DNA of 64,000 bases from an uncultured delta proteobacterium (GCA_963796685.1 CAWCMR010000025.1:1024001-1088000), one strand, 5' to 3'. Numbered from the stretch's first letter, positions 49,633-60,902 are shown. A program made the numbers and translations. Notes: a model not told the origin generated them from the sequence alone.

Positions 49633-51489
49633 ATGTGCGGGATCGCGGGTATCGTACAACTGGGTGATCCCAGCGACGTGGATCCGTCCGCACTGAACAA
49701 GATGCGGGGGGCGCTGAAGCACCGCGGGCCGGACGCCGATGGGATTTGGTTCTCACCGAATCGGCGGGCGGGCTTCGCACACACCCGGCTAAGCATCGTG
49801 GACCTGACGGCAACCGGAGCACAGCCGATGTCCACACCCGACGGGCTGTATACCATCGCGTTCAACGGCGAAATCTACAACCACGAAGAGCTTCGCCAGC
49901 GCTTGGTTACTTCGGGCGTCGCCTTTCGTGGACGGTCGGATACGGAGGTGCTGCTTCAACTATTCGTAGAGCTGGGGAGCCGGTGCCTCGATGAGCTCGA
50001 CGGGATGTTCGCGTTCGCTGTCTGGAACGAAAAGGAACAGACGTTGTTCTGCGCTCGCGATCATCTGGGCGAGAAGCCCCTCTATTACGCACACAATCGT
50101 GGTTGCTTCGCGTTCTCTAGCGAGGTGCGCGCCCTGGTCAAATCGGGCGTGGTCAAGGGAAGCCCTGACTTGCAGGGCATCGGGTACTTGATGAGCCAGG
50201 GATCAATTCCACCTCCATACACGCATGTGGAGGGCGTTCACTTTCTCGAACCGGCCTCCAAGCTGGAGCTGCACGTTGAGACAGGGAGCTTGGAGAAAAG
50301 GCGGTATTGGTTCATTCCGATGGTGCAGGAAGCGCAGGCTATTCAAGATCCGCAGCTCGGCACAGAGATGGTTCACGAAGCCCTTCGTCAGTCCGTTCGC
50401 CTCCGGCTTCGTGCGGACGTTCCTGTTGGTGCATTCCTGTCAGGTGGCATCGACTCGAGCCTGGTGGTCGCCTTGATGAGGGAACAGGGCGCAAGCGATC
50501 TGCGTACCTTCACAGTCTCCCTGCCCGGCCAGCCTGGCGACGAAGCCGCTCTGGCGCGGAACACCGCGAGGCTCCTCGGCACCGATCATCACGAAATCCT
50601 CTTGCATCCGGACTCCGAGGCGGGCTGGCTGGAGCAGGCCATGAACGACATGGACGTGCCGAGTGTGGACGGGCCGAATACCTGGCTGGTTAGCCGAGCC
50701 ACTCGGGCCACCGGAATAAAGGTTGCCTGTTCCGGCCTGGGTGGGGACGAGCTCTTCCATGGTTACCCGACCTTCAAATTGATCCCATGTCTTGCCCGGC
50801 TGCGCCTGAGTCGCGTGTTGCCCTACATACCCCTATCCATCAGACTGCGCCTAGAACACCGTATTCCCCCTGTGGCGCGCTGGTCACGCATGGCCGAGGC
50901 GCTCCTAGCAGGAGGGAGCATAGCTGCTCTTTGGTATGCCTATAGGAGCCTCATGAGTGATCGCGAGGTTGCCGACTTGCTCGTCGAAAGCGCGCTTGCT
51001 GCGCGACCCTGGCACCACCTTCGCCGTATTGAGGATTTGGCCTGCCCAGAAGGACTGTCCGTTGAAAGACAGGTCAGCTTCTACGAACTCAGCGTCTACA
51101 TGCACGATCAGCTGCTGCGCGACACCGACCAAATGAGCATGGCACACGCCTTGGAGGTACGAGTTCCGCTCATCGGCAGAAGGGTCGTGGAGACGGTTGC
51201 GAGCTTGGGACAGGGAGCGTTAGCCGGTAACGAGTCCAAGGCAGTGTTGAGACGAATCCTCGCGCGATACATGCCAAGCGATCAGTTTCGAAGGCCAAAG
51301 CAAACCTTTGCGCTGAACTGGGACCGTCTTCTCAGCGCGTACTCGGAACAATCGAAGCCACCTGCTTCGACCTTCTTCCGCCAGGTATCAATAGACCGAC
51401 TCCAACGGCAGTTCCGAAAACGCAAGTCCAGCTTTGGACCCATATTTGCAATGCGGGCCCTTGAAGCCTGCTGCCGTGGCCCTTGTTGA
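49633..51489 (+). CDS. asnB: Asparagine synthase (glutamine-hydrolysing)-family amidotransferase
   Basis: 'MCGIAG', 'HRGPD', 'FNGEIYN', 'FLSGGIDSS', 'SGLGGDELF', 'LEVRVP'. Confidence 0.92.
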   Translation: MCGIAGIVQLGDPSDVDPSALNKMRGALKHRGPDADGIWFSPNRRAGFAHTRLSIVDLTATGAQPMSTPDGLYTIAFNGEIYNHEELRQRLVTSGVAFRGRSDTEVLLQLFVELGSRCLDELDGMFAFAVWNEKEQTLFCARDHLGEKPLYYAHNRGCFAFSSEVRALVKSGVVKGSPDLQGIGYLMSQGSIPPPYTHVEGVHFLEPASKLELHVETGSLEKRRYWFIPMVQEAQAIQDPQLGTEMVHEALRQSVRLRLRADVPVGAFLSGGIDSSLVVALMREQGASDLRTFTVSLPGQPGDEAALARNTARLLGTDHHEILLHPDSEAGWLEQAMNDMDVPSVDGPNTWLVSRATRATGIKVACSGLGGDELFHGYPTFKLIPCLARLRLSRVLPYIPLSIRLRLEHRIPPVARWSRMAEALLAGGSIAALWYAYRSLMSDREVADLLVESALAARPWHHLRRIEDLACPEGLSVERQVSFYELSVYMHDQLLRDTDQMSMAHALEVRVPLIGRRVVETVASLGQGALAGNESKAVLRRILARYMPSDQFRRPKQTFALNWDRLLSAYSEQSKPPASTFFRQVSIDRLQRQFRKRKSSFGPIFAMRALEACCRGPC

Positions 51490-51581
51490 TTGACTACATT
51501 CGGCGTCTGGCCAAGCAACACCCACCCTCGGGGTTCGCTGCGGGCGGGTTCATCTCTGCGAGACGACCATGCACCTCCAGG

Positions 51582-53660
51582 ATGAGTACAATACCGTACG
51601 AGAAGGGCATAGTCAACGGATATCGCGCAGACATTGATGGCCTGCGTGCGGTGGCCGTATTGTCCGTAATCTTGTACCACTTGAACCATGTTTGGCTCCC
51701 TGGCGGATTTGTCGGCGTAGACATCTTTTTCGTAGTTTCTGGGTATGTCGTAAGCTTGAGCCTTGCGCAGCTTGATGGGAGTCGAGGTCTACTTGCGTTC
51801 CTGGTAACATTCTACTCTCGACGTCTGAAGCGGTTGTTACCAGCAGTTGCGGTGTGTATATCAACCACGGTAATACTGGTTGCGCTCTTACTCGTGCCGT
51901 TTCCGCAGTTCACTGTAACAAGCTTCTATCGTACTGCGATTGCGTCGATGGTTGGGCTTTCCAATGTGTACCTGATACGCGCAGGCACTCAGTACTTCAA
52001 CATTGGCTCCGCTCCAAACCCATTCCTGCACACCTGGTCCCTAGGTGTTGAAGAGCAGTTCTACGTGACCTTTCCGGCGTTACTGTTCCTCGCGGGTTGC
52101 AAAGCCACTGCGCGAGCAGCAGATTGTCGACGCTTGGGATTAGTTCTGTTACTGTGTCTGCTCTCCCTGCTTCTCTCATGGCACTGGTGTTTGGCATCGC
52201 CAAACGTTGCGTACTTCGCAATGCCCAGCCGTCTTTGGGAGCTTGGATGCGGAGCGGCTCTCGCGTATGCGCAACGTCTCGGGTATCTTGAAGTCTTGTC
52301 GAGGCACCACCTAGTCAACACGGGGTTGCGATGGATGGGTATTGGATTGCTCGCAAGCGCCTTCGCCACGACCGTGGAAAGCGGATTTCCCTTTCCCGGG
52401 GCGCTCCCATCTGTGCTCGGTACGGCTCTTGTTATCGCCACCGGCCTCACCGGTAATTCTATGTTCGTGCAGGTGCTACAGTCGAAGCTTCCCGTCTTCG
52501 TTGGCAAACTGTCCTACTCTCTATACCTTTGGCACTGGCCAACGATATGCGTGCTGTATCGCCTCGTTGGCGTCCACCGTCCAATTATAATTCTTGCCGC
52601 CCTGCCCATTACTGCGGGCTTTTCACTCGTATCTTACTACACGGTGGAGCGCCCTCTAAGATACCGTCTGACAATCACCCCGCGGCTTGTGTTCCTGTTC
52701 GCAGCTGCGGTCGTCGCTCTCGTAGTCGCAGGCACCGAGGTTGTTAGCAGCGAGAGATTTGCAATTTATCTTGGAACCCAATCAAACTGGAACGAAGACT
52801 GGCAGCAAGAACCCGAAGTCCTCCGCTTTGAGACTGGCTCGATTGCTGCTGCCGAATGCGATTTGACTGGCCGAGCGAAACTAGACGGCCGATGGGCACA
52901 GCATTGTCTTGTCCGATGGGACGACAGCCGGCGATATCCGAGGCTGTATTTGCTTGGTGATAGCCATGCACTTGCCGACCTGCATATGGTGCGGGTTGGT
53001 GTCGATCGGCGGACTTATGAGCTATTTGCGTTCATGTTTAGCGGCTGCGACATCCAACTGTCGGCTGCACCCCACGAGGCAAGCGATCTCTGTCAATCAT
53101 ATTGGAGCAGCATGCGCGACTTCATTGTAGGTGACGTCCGCTCTGGCGACTTGGTCATGTTAGCCACCTACTTGCGCAGTTACAAGAGTTTAGACGATGA
53201 CCTTGCCTCAGGAATACTCGGTTTTGCACGTTCGCTGCGCGAACGAGGCGCAACCCTGATCATCCAGTCGCCCTTACCGGTGTATGACTCCCATCCTTAT
53301 GATTGCCTGCCGACGTGGTTCAAGGTCACACCCGAAGGTTGCACGAAGGATAGGCGGGTTGACGATTACCAGCGACGCCCTGCAGTGGCATTTCTCAAAC
53401 GCCTTGTTGCCCAAGACGGAGCTATCAAGATATGGAATCCCTATGACATCCTATGCCCAGGGATGAGGTGCTTCCCGTTTCGCGATGGTAAGCCTCTGTA
53501 TCGGGATAGCAACCATCTTGCATTATACGGCGCCGCCTATCTTGGGCCACACTTCCTGAAATTTCTGCGCAATTCTGGTCTACTCACTCCTCGTATTTCC
53601 CCGACGGTCGATGACAGCCGTAGCCAGCCTAGAGCACCGAACGGGTTGAAAGTGCAATAA
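51582..53660 (+). CDS. OafA-type O-acyltransferase (Acyl_transf_3 + SGNH)
   Basis: 'YRADIDGLRAVAV', 'GVDIFFVVSGY', 'HTWSLGVEEQFY', 'SYSLYLWHWP', 'GDSHA', 'YRDSNHL'; start uncertain. Confidence 0.9.
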   Translation: MSTIPYEKGIVNGYRADIDGLRAVAVLSVILYHLNHVWLPGGFVGVDIFFVVSGYVVSLSLAQLDGSRGLLAFLVTFYSRRLKRLLPAVAVCISTTVILVALLLVPFPQFTVTSFYRTAIASMVGLSNVYLIRAGTQYFNIGSAPNPFLHTWSLGVEEQFYVTFPALLFLAGCKATARAADCRRLGLVLLLCLLSLLLSWHWCLASPNVAYFAMPSRLWELGCGAALAYAQRLGYLEVLSRHHLVNTGLRWMGIGLLASAFATTVESGFPFPGALPSVLGTALVIATGLTGNSMFVQVLQSKLPVFVGKLSYSLYLWHWPTICVLYRLVGVHRPIIILAALPITAGFSLVSYYTVERPLRYRLTITPRLVFLFAAAVVALVVAGTEVVSSERFAIYLGTQSNWNEDWQQEPEVLRFETGSIAAAECDLTGRAKLDGRWAQHCLVRWDDSRRYPRLYLLGDSHALADLHMVRVGVDRRTYELFAFMFSGCDIQLSAAPHEASDLCQSYWSSMRDFIVGDVRSGDLVMLATYLRSYKSLDDDLASGILGFARSLRERGATLIIQSPLPVYDSHPYDCLPTWFKVTPEGCTKDRRVDDYQRRPAVAFLKRLVAQDGAIKIWNPYDILCPGMRCFPFRDGKPLYRDSNHLALYGAAYLGPHFLKFLRNSGLLTPRISPTVDDSRSQPRAPNGLKVQ

Positions 53661-54048
53661 TCACGCGGCCCTCTGCTGCGGCAGGGCTGCGACAATGCGG
53701 CGGTCGAGTACCTCTAGGTTCAACACGGCGGCTGCCCGCCTGACGTCGAAGAGGTTCTTGCGCGTGCCGCGGTAACGAGCGCGTCGCCCTTGCCGACGCC
53801 CGAGGTGGGCCAGACGATGTTCAATGGCGACTCGTTCGCGCAGGCGTTCACGCCCGCTTGGAGTCGACATGAGCTTGCGCAGCTTGTGCTGAAGCAGCCT
53901 CCAACTCCGCCTGAAAGGCGTCATCGAAAAGCTGCTGCCGATGGTCACGCAGAAATGCGAACAGCTTTCGCGTGCGCCGCAGTCTGTGCAGAAGACGCTC
54001 CTCCTGCTTCGTGTGGTCCTGTCGTGGTGTCCAGCGCTCGAATGCCAT
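53661..54048 (-). pseudogene. IS1182-like DDE transposase remnant
   Basis: GGAGG RBS then 'MAFERW...FLRDHRQQLFDDAFQAEL', fused out of frame near 53897 to 'GRERLRERVAIEHRLAH...ARYRGTRKNLFD.RRAAAVLNL'. Confidence 0.8.
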
Positions 54049-54148
54049 GTGTTCCTCCGCCAGCGCAATCAATCGCGCCGCCGGCACTGATCAAGATCAT
54101 GGCCTGATTGGCAGAGCCAATTTTCCACCATTCGCAATGTGAACCGGC

Positions 54149-54228
54149 GTAGGGCTCACTTCACCGAGCGCGCTGTGGCCGTGTTGATGGACAGACGGCC
54201 GTTGTGTGCGCTCGGCGAAGTGAGCCCT
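54149..54228. repeat. GTAG-initiated long hairpin inside the IS remnant
   Basis: AGGGCTCACTTCACCGAGCGC ... GCGCTCGGCGAAGTGAGCCCT. Confidence 0.65.
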
Positions 54229-54485
54229 CTCGGCCCCACGCAAGTCCTCGATTTGACTCGGCTTTCATCCCGTTCGGTGCTCTAGCGCTGGCGATGGGCG
54301 TGTCGGTCCAGTCGTGCTGCCTGGGTCGAACGCGATGTGACCGTCAGATCAGGTCCGAGGTGGTTAGTTTAGTAGGCTTGCACGGGCCTTTGCACGGTTG
54401 CGCGTACCATGTGCGCATGCGTCAGCCGCACTATTGCTCCCTAGTGAGGATGGTGACTGTAATCTTCGTATGGTTCATATTCGCT

Positions 54486-56027
54486 TCAGCTTAGCCTTTT
54501 CGCTCGATCCAGCGATCGTGAGACGAATGACCTTATGTTTTCCGGCAGATGCCTTCCGACTTGCTGCCGGACCAGGGGTGCAGCTAGAACTGTGGCGACC
54601 AGAACCGACGCGGCACTAGCTAGCAGATACACGAATGAGGCCAGTAGCCCCGGGCTCTTCGGGACCATATATCGGCAAAGAAAGGCTGTGGTCCCCGCGG
54701 CGGCGATGGGAAGCGCCACGTCCTGACAGTACCATCGCCATTTTTCATCGGGAAGCAGGCGTCGGTGCATGAAATGAATATGGAAGATTAGATAGCCAAC
54801 ATTCAGCAAGACCCAGACTGACGCCGCACCGATGGCACCGAACCTCACCACGGCCAGCCAGAGGCCAGGCAGCAGAACAATGACGGCCACTATGTTCACC
54901 TTGATGGACAACGCCGTCCATCCGTAGGCCAACTGGAGGTGAAATGGTATCCACATAAGCCCGTGTATCATCGTGCCCGTCACCAGAACCACCATCAAGG
55001 ATTCCACGTGGATCGTCAGTCCCTCATCTCGTGTCCATAGTCGTAGGACGGTGTGACTGAATGCTATCAATACGAATGCCACAGCGCCGATCAGAACCGT
55101 CACCATCTGGGCGCTCTGGTGATATGCAGCGCCCAGCTTCTTGGTGTCCCCCAGCGCGGCCAGTTCAGAGAAGCGCGGGTAGTAGGCAACGCTGATTGGG
55201 CCAGTGAGTATGTAAAGAGCGTTGGCGACCGTCCCAGCCAAGACGTAGTGTCCGAATGCCGTGAGTGACAGGAATCGTGATAAGAGAACCTTGTCGATCT
55301 GCGTAAGCAGAAGCGACAGTATTGTGATGGCTAGCATCCCCGACGCGAATCGCCATATCTTCACTAACTCCGTCGGTGAGAACCTAACGCGACGTGGAGC
55401 GAGCGGTATTGTCGAGTAGACAATGTAACCATAGACGATGACATTGGCGAGCGAGATTGCGCCCTGCCACAGGAAAAACGCGGTGATGGTGGGGGACACC
55501 CAGGCCAATAGGAGGAACGCGCCGAGACTTCGCACCGTGCTCGCAATACTAGCCACGACGTTCTGAAGGACCTGACGCTGCAATCCCGTGATGGCGCTGA
55601 GGTAGATATTCTCTATAAAGGACAGCGCGGTGACGCCCCCCATTGCCGAGAAGGCCTTGGCCACGGTCGCGACCGGAAGTTTTTCGGACCTGAGCCAATC
55701 AGTCGCCAACCAGCCCGAGACAGCCCACACGCCGACCGCAATAGCCACTGCGGTGGCGATTCCGATCATCTCGGCCGTCCGCAAGAGATCGCGGATCGAC
55801 TGAGAGTCGCGCGCGCCAGCGGTGAAGCGGGCCATTTCGCGTCCGAGGGTGGGCCGCATTCCCATGTCCAGGATGCCCAGCCACGCCTGGAGGATGGCGA
55901 AGAGACCGATGAGCCCGTAGGCCTCGATACCGATGTACTTGATGTATAAAGGGACAAACGCCAGGCCCATCAGTGCCCGCCAGCCTTGCCCGAAGTAGTT
56001 GGCTACAACATTCTTTCTGACCGACAT
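54486..56027 (-). CDS. wzx: Wzx-type oligosaccharide flippase
   Basis: 'NVVANY.GQ....GLAFVPLYIKYIGIEAYGLIG', 'LDMG', 'TQIDKVLLS'; many TM helices. Confidence 0.85.
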   Translation of the reverse strand: MSVRKNVVANYFGQGWRALMGLAFVPLYIKYIGIEAYGLIGLFAILQAWLGILDMGMRPTLGREMARFTAGARDSQSIRDLLRTAEMIGIATAVAIAVGVWAVSGWLATDWLRSEKLPVATVAKAFSAMGGVTALSFIENIYLSAITGLQRQVLQNVVASIASTVRSLGAFLLLAWVSPTITAFFLWQGAISLANVIVYGYIVYSTIPLAPRRVRFSPTELVKIWRFASGMLAITILSLLLTQIDKVLLSRFLSLTAFGHYVLAGTVANALYILTGPISVAYYPRFSELAALGDTKKLGAAYHQSAQMVTVLIGAVAFVLIAFSHTVLRLWTRDEGLTIHVESLMVVLVTGTMIHGLMWIPFHLQLAYGWTALSIKVNIVAVIVLLPGLWLAVVRFGAIGAASVWVLLNVGYLIFHIHFMHRRLLPDEKWRWYCQDVALPIAAAGTTAFLCRYMVPKSPGLLASFVYLLASAASVLVATVLAAPLVRQQVGRHLPENIRSFVSRSLDRAKRLS

Positions 56028-56107
56028 GAGTGCACGAGTTTCGAAGTGCTGGGCTATTCCTGATGCCTGGTTCTATTTGACACGACAACATGGCCAGCGA
56101 TCAGCCT

Positions 56108-56365
56108 ATATTATCGCATGAGAACGGTATCGAATTGGAGAATGCGAATCCTGCAAAGCTGGAAACCGAGGGCATTCAGGCGCGCCAACATTGTTTCACA
56201 GGTCTGGGCACCGCTGTAGGGGCGAACCACGGAGAGCTCAATCTGTATGCCTACGGCGTGTGTCAGCTTCCGTGGACCACCGTCGAGCACCGCATCTTCG
56301 AATCCTTGGACATCGAGTTTGAGGCGGCGTCTTTCACCGCCAACGGCGAATCCCGTCACTTCCAA
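56108..56365 (-). pseudogene. FkbM-family methyltransferase C-terminal remnant
   Basis: 'LKLDVQGFEDAVLDG......GIQIELS...Y.G......L...GF'; no SAM-binding N-terminus. Confidence 0.65.
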
Positions 56366-56473
56366 GCCGAAACCCTTGCGCTAAGCCGCGCTCTTGCCTA
56401 GGGTTCAGGGCTGCCCTACCTGGGCAAGAAAGCCACGCGCATCGAAGAAAACGACCCGTTCGGAGATCAACCC

Positions 56474-57238
56474 ATGAAAGTCGTGATTCTGGCAGGCGGA
56501 CTGGGAACTAGGCTGGCCGAGGAAACGGAGATGCGACCGAAGCCGATGGTTGAGATCGGCGGAAGGCCGATCCTCTGGCACATCATGCGCCACTACGCGC
56601 ATCACGGATTCCGCGAGTTCGTCGTCGCCCTCGGGTACAAGGGTGACGATGTCAAGAGATTCTTTCTCGACTACCGGACGCTGACCGGTGACATGACGAT
56701 CGATGTCGCGGCCGGTACGATTGTCTCGAATGACAGGAGGTGCGAGGATTGGCGCGTACACCTCATCGAGACGGGCTTGAAGACGAACACGGGTGGCCGC
56801 CTGCGCCGCTTACGCGAGATCCTCGGCCAGGAAACCTTCATGCTCACCTACGGCGACGGGGTCAGCGACGTCGACCTGACCGAGCTCTTGAGCTTTCACC
56901 GCGCGCAGAAGCGCATCGCCACGCTCACCGCCGTGCGACCGCCAGCGCGATTCGGAGGTCTCATCTTCGACGGAGATCTGGTCACTCAGTTTTCCGAGAA
57001 AGCACAGATCGGCGAGGGTTGGATCAACGGCGGCTTCATGGTCCTCGAACCAGCCATCTTCGACTACTTGCCCGGCGATGACGCCAGCCTGGAGGCAGAC
57101 GCGCTCGAACAAGTCGCCTCCGGCCGCAACCTGGCGGCCTTCCGCCATGATAGGTTCTGGCAGTGCATGGATACGCTGCGCGAAAAGCACTACCTTGAAG
57201 CCCTTTGGAACTCGGGCGAAGCACCCTGGCGATACTAG
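56474..57238 (+). CDS. rfbF: Glucose-1-phosphate cytidylyltransferase
   Basis: '[23 protein letters not shown]', 'TGGRL', 'TYGDG', 'WINGGF', '[10 protein letters not shown]'. Confidence 0.95.
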   Translation: MKVVILAGGLGTRLAEETEMRPKPMVEIGGRPILWHIMRHYAHHGFREFVVALGYKGDDVKRFFLDYRTLTGDMTIDVAAGTIVSNDRRCEDWRVHLIETGLKTNTGGRLRRLREILGQETFMLTYGDGVSDVDLTELLSFHRAQKRIATLTAVRPPARFGGLIFDGDLVTQFSEKAQIGEGWINGGFMVLEPAIFDYLPGDDASLEADALEQVASGRNLAAFRHDRFWQCMDTLREKHYLEALWNSGEAPWRY

Positions 57239-57240
57239 GC

Positions 57241-58224
57241 ATGACGAATTTTTGGCGAGATCGCCCGACCTTTGTGACCGGTGGTACGGGCCTGGTTGGT
57301 TCTTGGCTCCTCAAACGTCTTGCCGACGAAGGCGCCGAGGTCATTGTCCTCGTGCGCGATTGGGTGCCTCAATCCGAAGTGGTGCGTGCGGGGCTCTTCG
57401 ACCGCGTGAAGGTCGTGCGCGGCGATGTGTGCGATCGGCAGGTTCTGGAACGCGCGCTTGGGGAATACGAAATCGCAACGGTCTTTCACCTGGCTGCGCA
57501 GACGACCGTGCCAGTGGCCAACCGCAACCCGGTTTCCACCTTTGAGACCAACGTGGGTGGCACCTGGAATGTGCTGGAGGCTTGCCGGCGCAGCCCCAAG
57601 GTCGAGCAGATCGTGCTGGCGTCGTCGGACAAGGCCTACGGCTCGCATGATCGACTTCCCTATGTCGAGGACACGCCGCTCGTTGGCCGCACGCCCTACG
57701 ACGTCAGCAAGTCTGCTGCGGATCTGATCGCGCAGGCCTACGCCGCGACCTATGGCACCCCCGTGGTCATCACCCGCTGTGGAAATTTCTACGGCGGCGG
57801 CGACCTCAACTGGAACCGCATCGTGCCCGGCACCATTCGCTCGGTCCTGCGCTCGGAGCCGCCCCTGATTCGTTCCGACGGACAATTCATTCGCGACTAC
57901 TTCTACGTCGAGGACGGAGCGGCCGCCTACATGCTGCTGGCCGAAAAGCTGGCCTCGAATCCGTCGCTAGCCGGTCAGGCCTTCAACTTCTCGAACGAAG
58001 AGGCCATCACCGTGCTAGATCTGGCAGGATACATTCTCAAGACCATGGGCTCCGATCTTGCGCCCAAGGTGCTGAATCAGGCCAATAGCGAAATCCGCGA
58101 ACAGCGGTTGTCGTCGGTCAAGGCGCGCAAGGTTCTGGGGTGGAAGCCTCTCTTCGATCTCGATCGCGGTCTAGCGAACACCATCGCCTGGTATCGCCAG
58201 TTCTTTTCCGAGGCCAAACCGTGA
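57241..58224 (+). CDS. CDP-glucose 4,6-dehydratase-like NAD-dependent enzyme
   Basis: 'FW....[13 protein letters not shown]', 'FHLAAQ', 'SSDKAYG', 'PYDVSK', '[10 protein letters not shown]'; follows rfbF. Confidence 0.85.
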   Translation: MTNFWRDRPTFVTGGTGLVGSWLLKRLADEGAEVIVLVRDWVPQSEVVRAGLFDRVKVVRGDVCDRQVLERALGEYEIATVFHLAAQTTVPVANRNPVSTFETNVGGTWNVLEACRRSPKVEQIVLASSDKAYGSHDRLPYVEDTPLVGRTPYDVSKSAADLIAQAYAATYGTPVVITRCGNFYGGGDLNWNRIVPGTIRSVLRSEPPLIRSDGQFIRDYFYVEDGAAAYMLLAEKLASNPSLAGQAFNFSNEEAITVLDLAGYILKTMGSDLAPKVLNQANSEIREQRLSSVKARKVLGWKPLFDLDRGLANTIAWYRQFFSEAKP

Positions 58225-59444
58225 GTGGCGTCGGATGCCGCTCCTGCGGCGCCAGCCGCATCGAGACGGTCCTGGATCTCGGGCAGATCCCGCTGGTCAA
58301 TTCTTTGCCGGCCCAGAATGAGCTTGGGCGGCCCGATCCGCGCTATCCGCTGGTGCTCGCGTTTTGCCCAGCCTGCGCCCTAGTTCAGATCACGCACACC
58401 GTTCCGCCGAAAGAACTCTTTCGTGACTACCTCTATTTCTCTTCCTACTCCGACACCATGCTGGCCCACGCGCGAACGCTCGTCGACCGTATCGTCGCCG
58501 AGAGAAACCTGGGCGCGAAGCACTTGGCCCTCGAGATCGCCAGCAACGACGGGTACCTGCTTTGCAACTACCAGCGCCTGGGAGTTCCCGTGCTCGGTGT
58601 CGAACCCGCGCGCAACATCGCACGGGTCGCCGAGGCCAAAGGAATTCCAACCCTGGCCGAGTTCTTTGGCCGAGAGTTTGGACAACAGCTTGCGCGCGAA
58701 GGCCGGCGCGCCGACGTCATCCACGCCCACAACGTCTTCGCGCACGTGCCGGATGTGAATGGATTCGTGGCCGGCATGGCGGCCGTGCTGGCCACCGGCG
58801 GGGTCGCGGTCATCGAAGCGCCCTACGTGCGCGACATGATCGAGCGGATCGAGTTCGACACCATCTACCACGAGCACCTCTTCTATTTTTCCGCCACGGC
58901 CGTACAGCCTCTGTTCCAGCGGCATGGTTTGGAATTGGTCGATGTCGAGCACGTGGCCATCCACGGCGGTTCGCTCAGACTTTGGGTCGCGCACACTGGC
59001 GCGGCAGTGAAGCCTTCGGTGGCCGCGTTGCTGGCCGAAGAGCGCGCGCTCGGCATGAACCGGCGGGACTACTACCGCGACTTCGCAACTCGCGCGTCCA
59101 ACCTGCGTGAAGAGCTTCGTGGCCAGCTCCGCGGACTCAAGAGCCGGGGGCTAAGCATCGCCGGCTACGGCGCGGCCGCCAAGGGCGCGGTGCTGCTGAA
59201 CTTTGCCAGCATCGGTACGGAGCTGATCGACTTCGTCGCGGATCGAAGTCCGCACAAACAGGGCCGGTACGTGCCAGGCGTCCACATCCCCGTGCTGAGC
59301 CCCGCCGCGTTGCTGGAAAAGCAACCCGACTACGTGCTGCTGCTTGTCTGGAATTTCGAAGACGAGATTCGTACACAGCAGGCGGAGTATCTGCGCCGGG
59401 GCGGGCGATTAATCGTCCCGGTTCCCAAGGTTCGCATCGACTAG
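58221..59444 (+). CDS. NDP-hexose C-methyltransferase
   Basis: Zn site 'CRSCG...CPACALVQ', 'EIASNDG', '[12 protein letters not shown]', 'HGGSLR', 'GYGAAAKG', 'KQGRY.PG..IP', 'LVWNF'. Confidence 0.9.
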   Translation: MSGVGCRSCGASRIETVLDLGQIPLVNSLPAQNELGRPDPRYPLVLAFCPACALVQITHTVPPKELFRDYLYFSSYSDTMLAHARTLVDRIVAERNLGAKHLALEIASNDGYLLCNYQRLGVPVLGVEPARNIARVAEAKGIPTLAEFFGREFGQQLAREGRRADVIHAHNVFAHVPDVNGFVAGMAAVLATGGVAVIEAPYVRDMIERIEFDTIYHEHLFYFSATAVQPLFQRHGLELVDVEHVAIHGGSLRLWVAHTGAAVKPSVAALLAEERALGMNRRDYYRDFATRASNLREELRGQLRGLKSRGLSIAGYGAAAKGAVLLNFASIGTELIDFVADRSPHKQGRYVPGVHIPVLSPAALLEKQPDYVLLLVWNFEDEIRTQQAEYLRRGGRLIVPVPKVRID

Positions 59445-59448
59445 CAGC

Positions 59449-60000
59449 ATGCGATTCTCGAACACCAAGATCCCTGGCGTGATTCTTATCGAGCCCGAGC
59501 TTCGCGCGGATCCACGAGGTTTCTTCACACGGGTCTTCTGCCGAGAGGAGTTTCGGGCCCAGGGTCTGGTCGATCACATCGAGCAGAGCAGTCTCTCATT
59601 CAATCATCGGCGGGGCACCGTGCGCGGAATGCACTTCCAGGCCGCACCCCACGAAGAAACCAAAGTGGTTGCATGCGTGGAGGGTCAGATCTTCGACGTC
59701 GCCATCGATCTACGGCCTACCTCCCCCACCTTCGGCAAGTGGTTTGGTATCGAGTTGTCGTCGAAAAACCGCCGCCAGCTCTATCTGCCCGCCAGCATCG
59801 CACACGGTTTCCAAACCCTTGAAGACCGCAGCACGGTCCTCTACCAGATTTCCACGCCGTTCCACCCCGAGTCGGCGCGGGGGATCCGCTGGAACGATCC
59901 GAAGCTGGCTATCGTCTGGCCGATTTCCGAGGGCGTTATCGTCTCGGACAAGGATCGCGGGTGGCCGGAGTGGCCTGCCGGAATCGAGAGCGCGACATGA
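59449..60000 (+). CDS. rfbC: NDP-4-keto-6-deoxyhexose 3,5-epimerase (RmlC family)
   Basis: 'D.RGFF', 'GTVRGMHFQ', 'FDVAIDLRPTSPTFGKW', 'AHGFQTL', 'GIRWNDP'. Confidence 0.9.
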   Translation: MRFSNTKIPGVILIEPELRADPRGFFTRVFCREEFRAQGLVDHIEQSSLSFNHRRGTVRGMHFQAAPHEETKVVACVEGQIFDVAIDLRPTSPTFGKWFGIELSSKNRRQLYLPASIAHGFQTLEDRSTVLYQISTPFHPESARGIRWNDPKLAIVWPISEGVIVSDKDRGWPEWPAGIESAT

Positions 60001-60902
60001 GCAGGGTGCTGGTCACAGGCGCGCCAGGCTTCGTAGGAGCAGCCGCCGTGCGCGCACTCTCGGACCAAGGGGACGAAGTTATTGCCATTGTGCAACCTGG
60101 GACCTCGGCAAGGCGCCTCGACGGACGGCCGGTCCCTTCCGTGACTCTCGATCTCGATGATGGCGGAGCTGTCGAGCGCACTCTCAGGGAGGTTCGACCA
60201 GAGACCATTCTTCACGCTGCCTGGTATGCGAATCCCCAGGACTACCTGACCTCGTCCATGGCGCTGGCGTCACTTCACACCACCACGACGCTCTTCCAGG
60301 TTGCCGCGCGGCAGGGATGCCGTCGGTTCGTGGGTGTAGGGACCTGTCTCGAATACGGACGCAGTGACCATCCCCGTCGCGAAGGCGACGCATGCGAACC
60401 GCGAACGCTCTATGCCGCGTGCAAGTTGTCCGCATGGCTGGTTTGTCGAGCTCTGGCCGCGCAGGCCGGAATGTCCACCGCTTGGGCGCGGCTGTTCTAT
60501 CTCTATGGTCCTGACGAAAATCCAGGCCGCGTGCTTCCTGCATTGGTTACGGCGCTTCGAGACGGCAGGGCCTTCCCGATGACAGACGGTACGCAGATCC
60601 GGGACTACCTTCACATCGATGACGCCGGACGCGCGCTAGCCTTGCTTTGCCGGAAGGAAACCGAGGGGGTAGTCAATGTCGCATCGGGGCAGCCCACGGC
60701 CTTGCGGGACTTTGCCCTGACGGCGGGATCCATCCTCGGTGCCGAATCACACATTCGGATGGGCGAGATCCCCATGCGCCGCGATGAGGAAATGTTCGTG
60801 GTTGCGGACATTGCCCGACTGCGTGGGCTAGGGTTTACACCGAAACACCTGACCCTGCGCGAAGGGCTCGACCACGCGCTCAAGAACTGGAGAACCACAT
60901 GA
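59997..60902 (+). CDS. NAD(P)-dependent epimerase/4-reductase
   Basis: 'VLVTGAPGFVG', 'HAAW', 'GTCLEY', 'YAACK', 'RLFYLYGP'. Confidence 0.85.
   Translation: MSRVLVTGAPGFVGAAAVRALSDQGDEVIAIVQPGTSARRLDGRPVPSVTLDLDDGGAVERTLREVRPETILHAAWYANPQDYLTSSMALASLHTTTTLFQVAARQGCRRFVGVGTCLEYGRSDHPRREGDACEPRTLYAACKLSAWLVCRALAAQAGMSTAWARLFYLYGPDENPGRVLPALVTALRDGRAFPMTDGTQIRDYLHIDDAGRALALLCRKETEGVVNVASGQPTALRDFALTAGSILGAESHIRMGEIPMRRDEEMFVVADIARLRGLGFTPKHLTLREGLDHALKNWRTT

Larger units (their letters stand above)
53629..54285 (-). mobile_element. Internally deleted IS1182-like element with CTAG-bounded TIRs
   Basis: Ends CTAGAGCACCGAACGGGTTGAA / TTCATCCCGTTCGGTGCTCTAG; contains transposase N- and C-terminal fragments. 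Confidence 0.85.
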
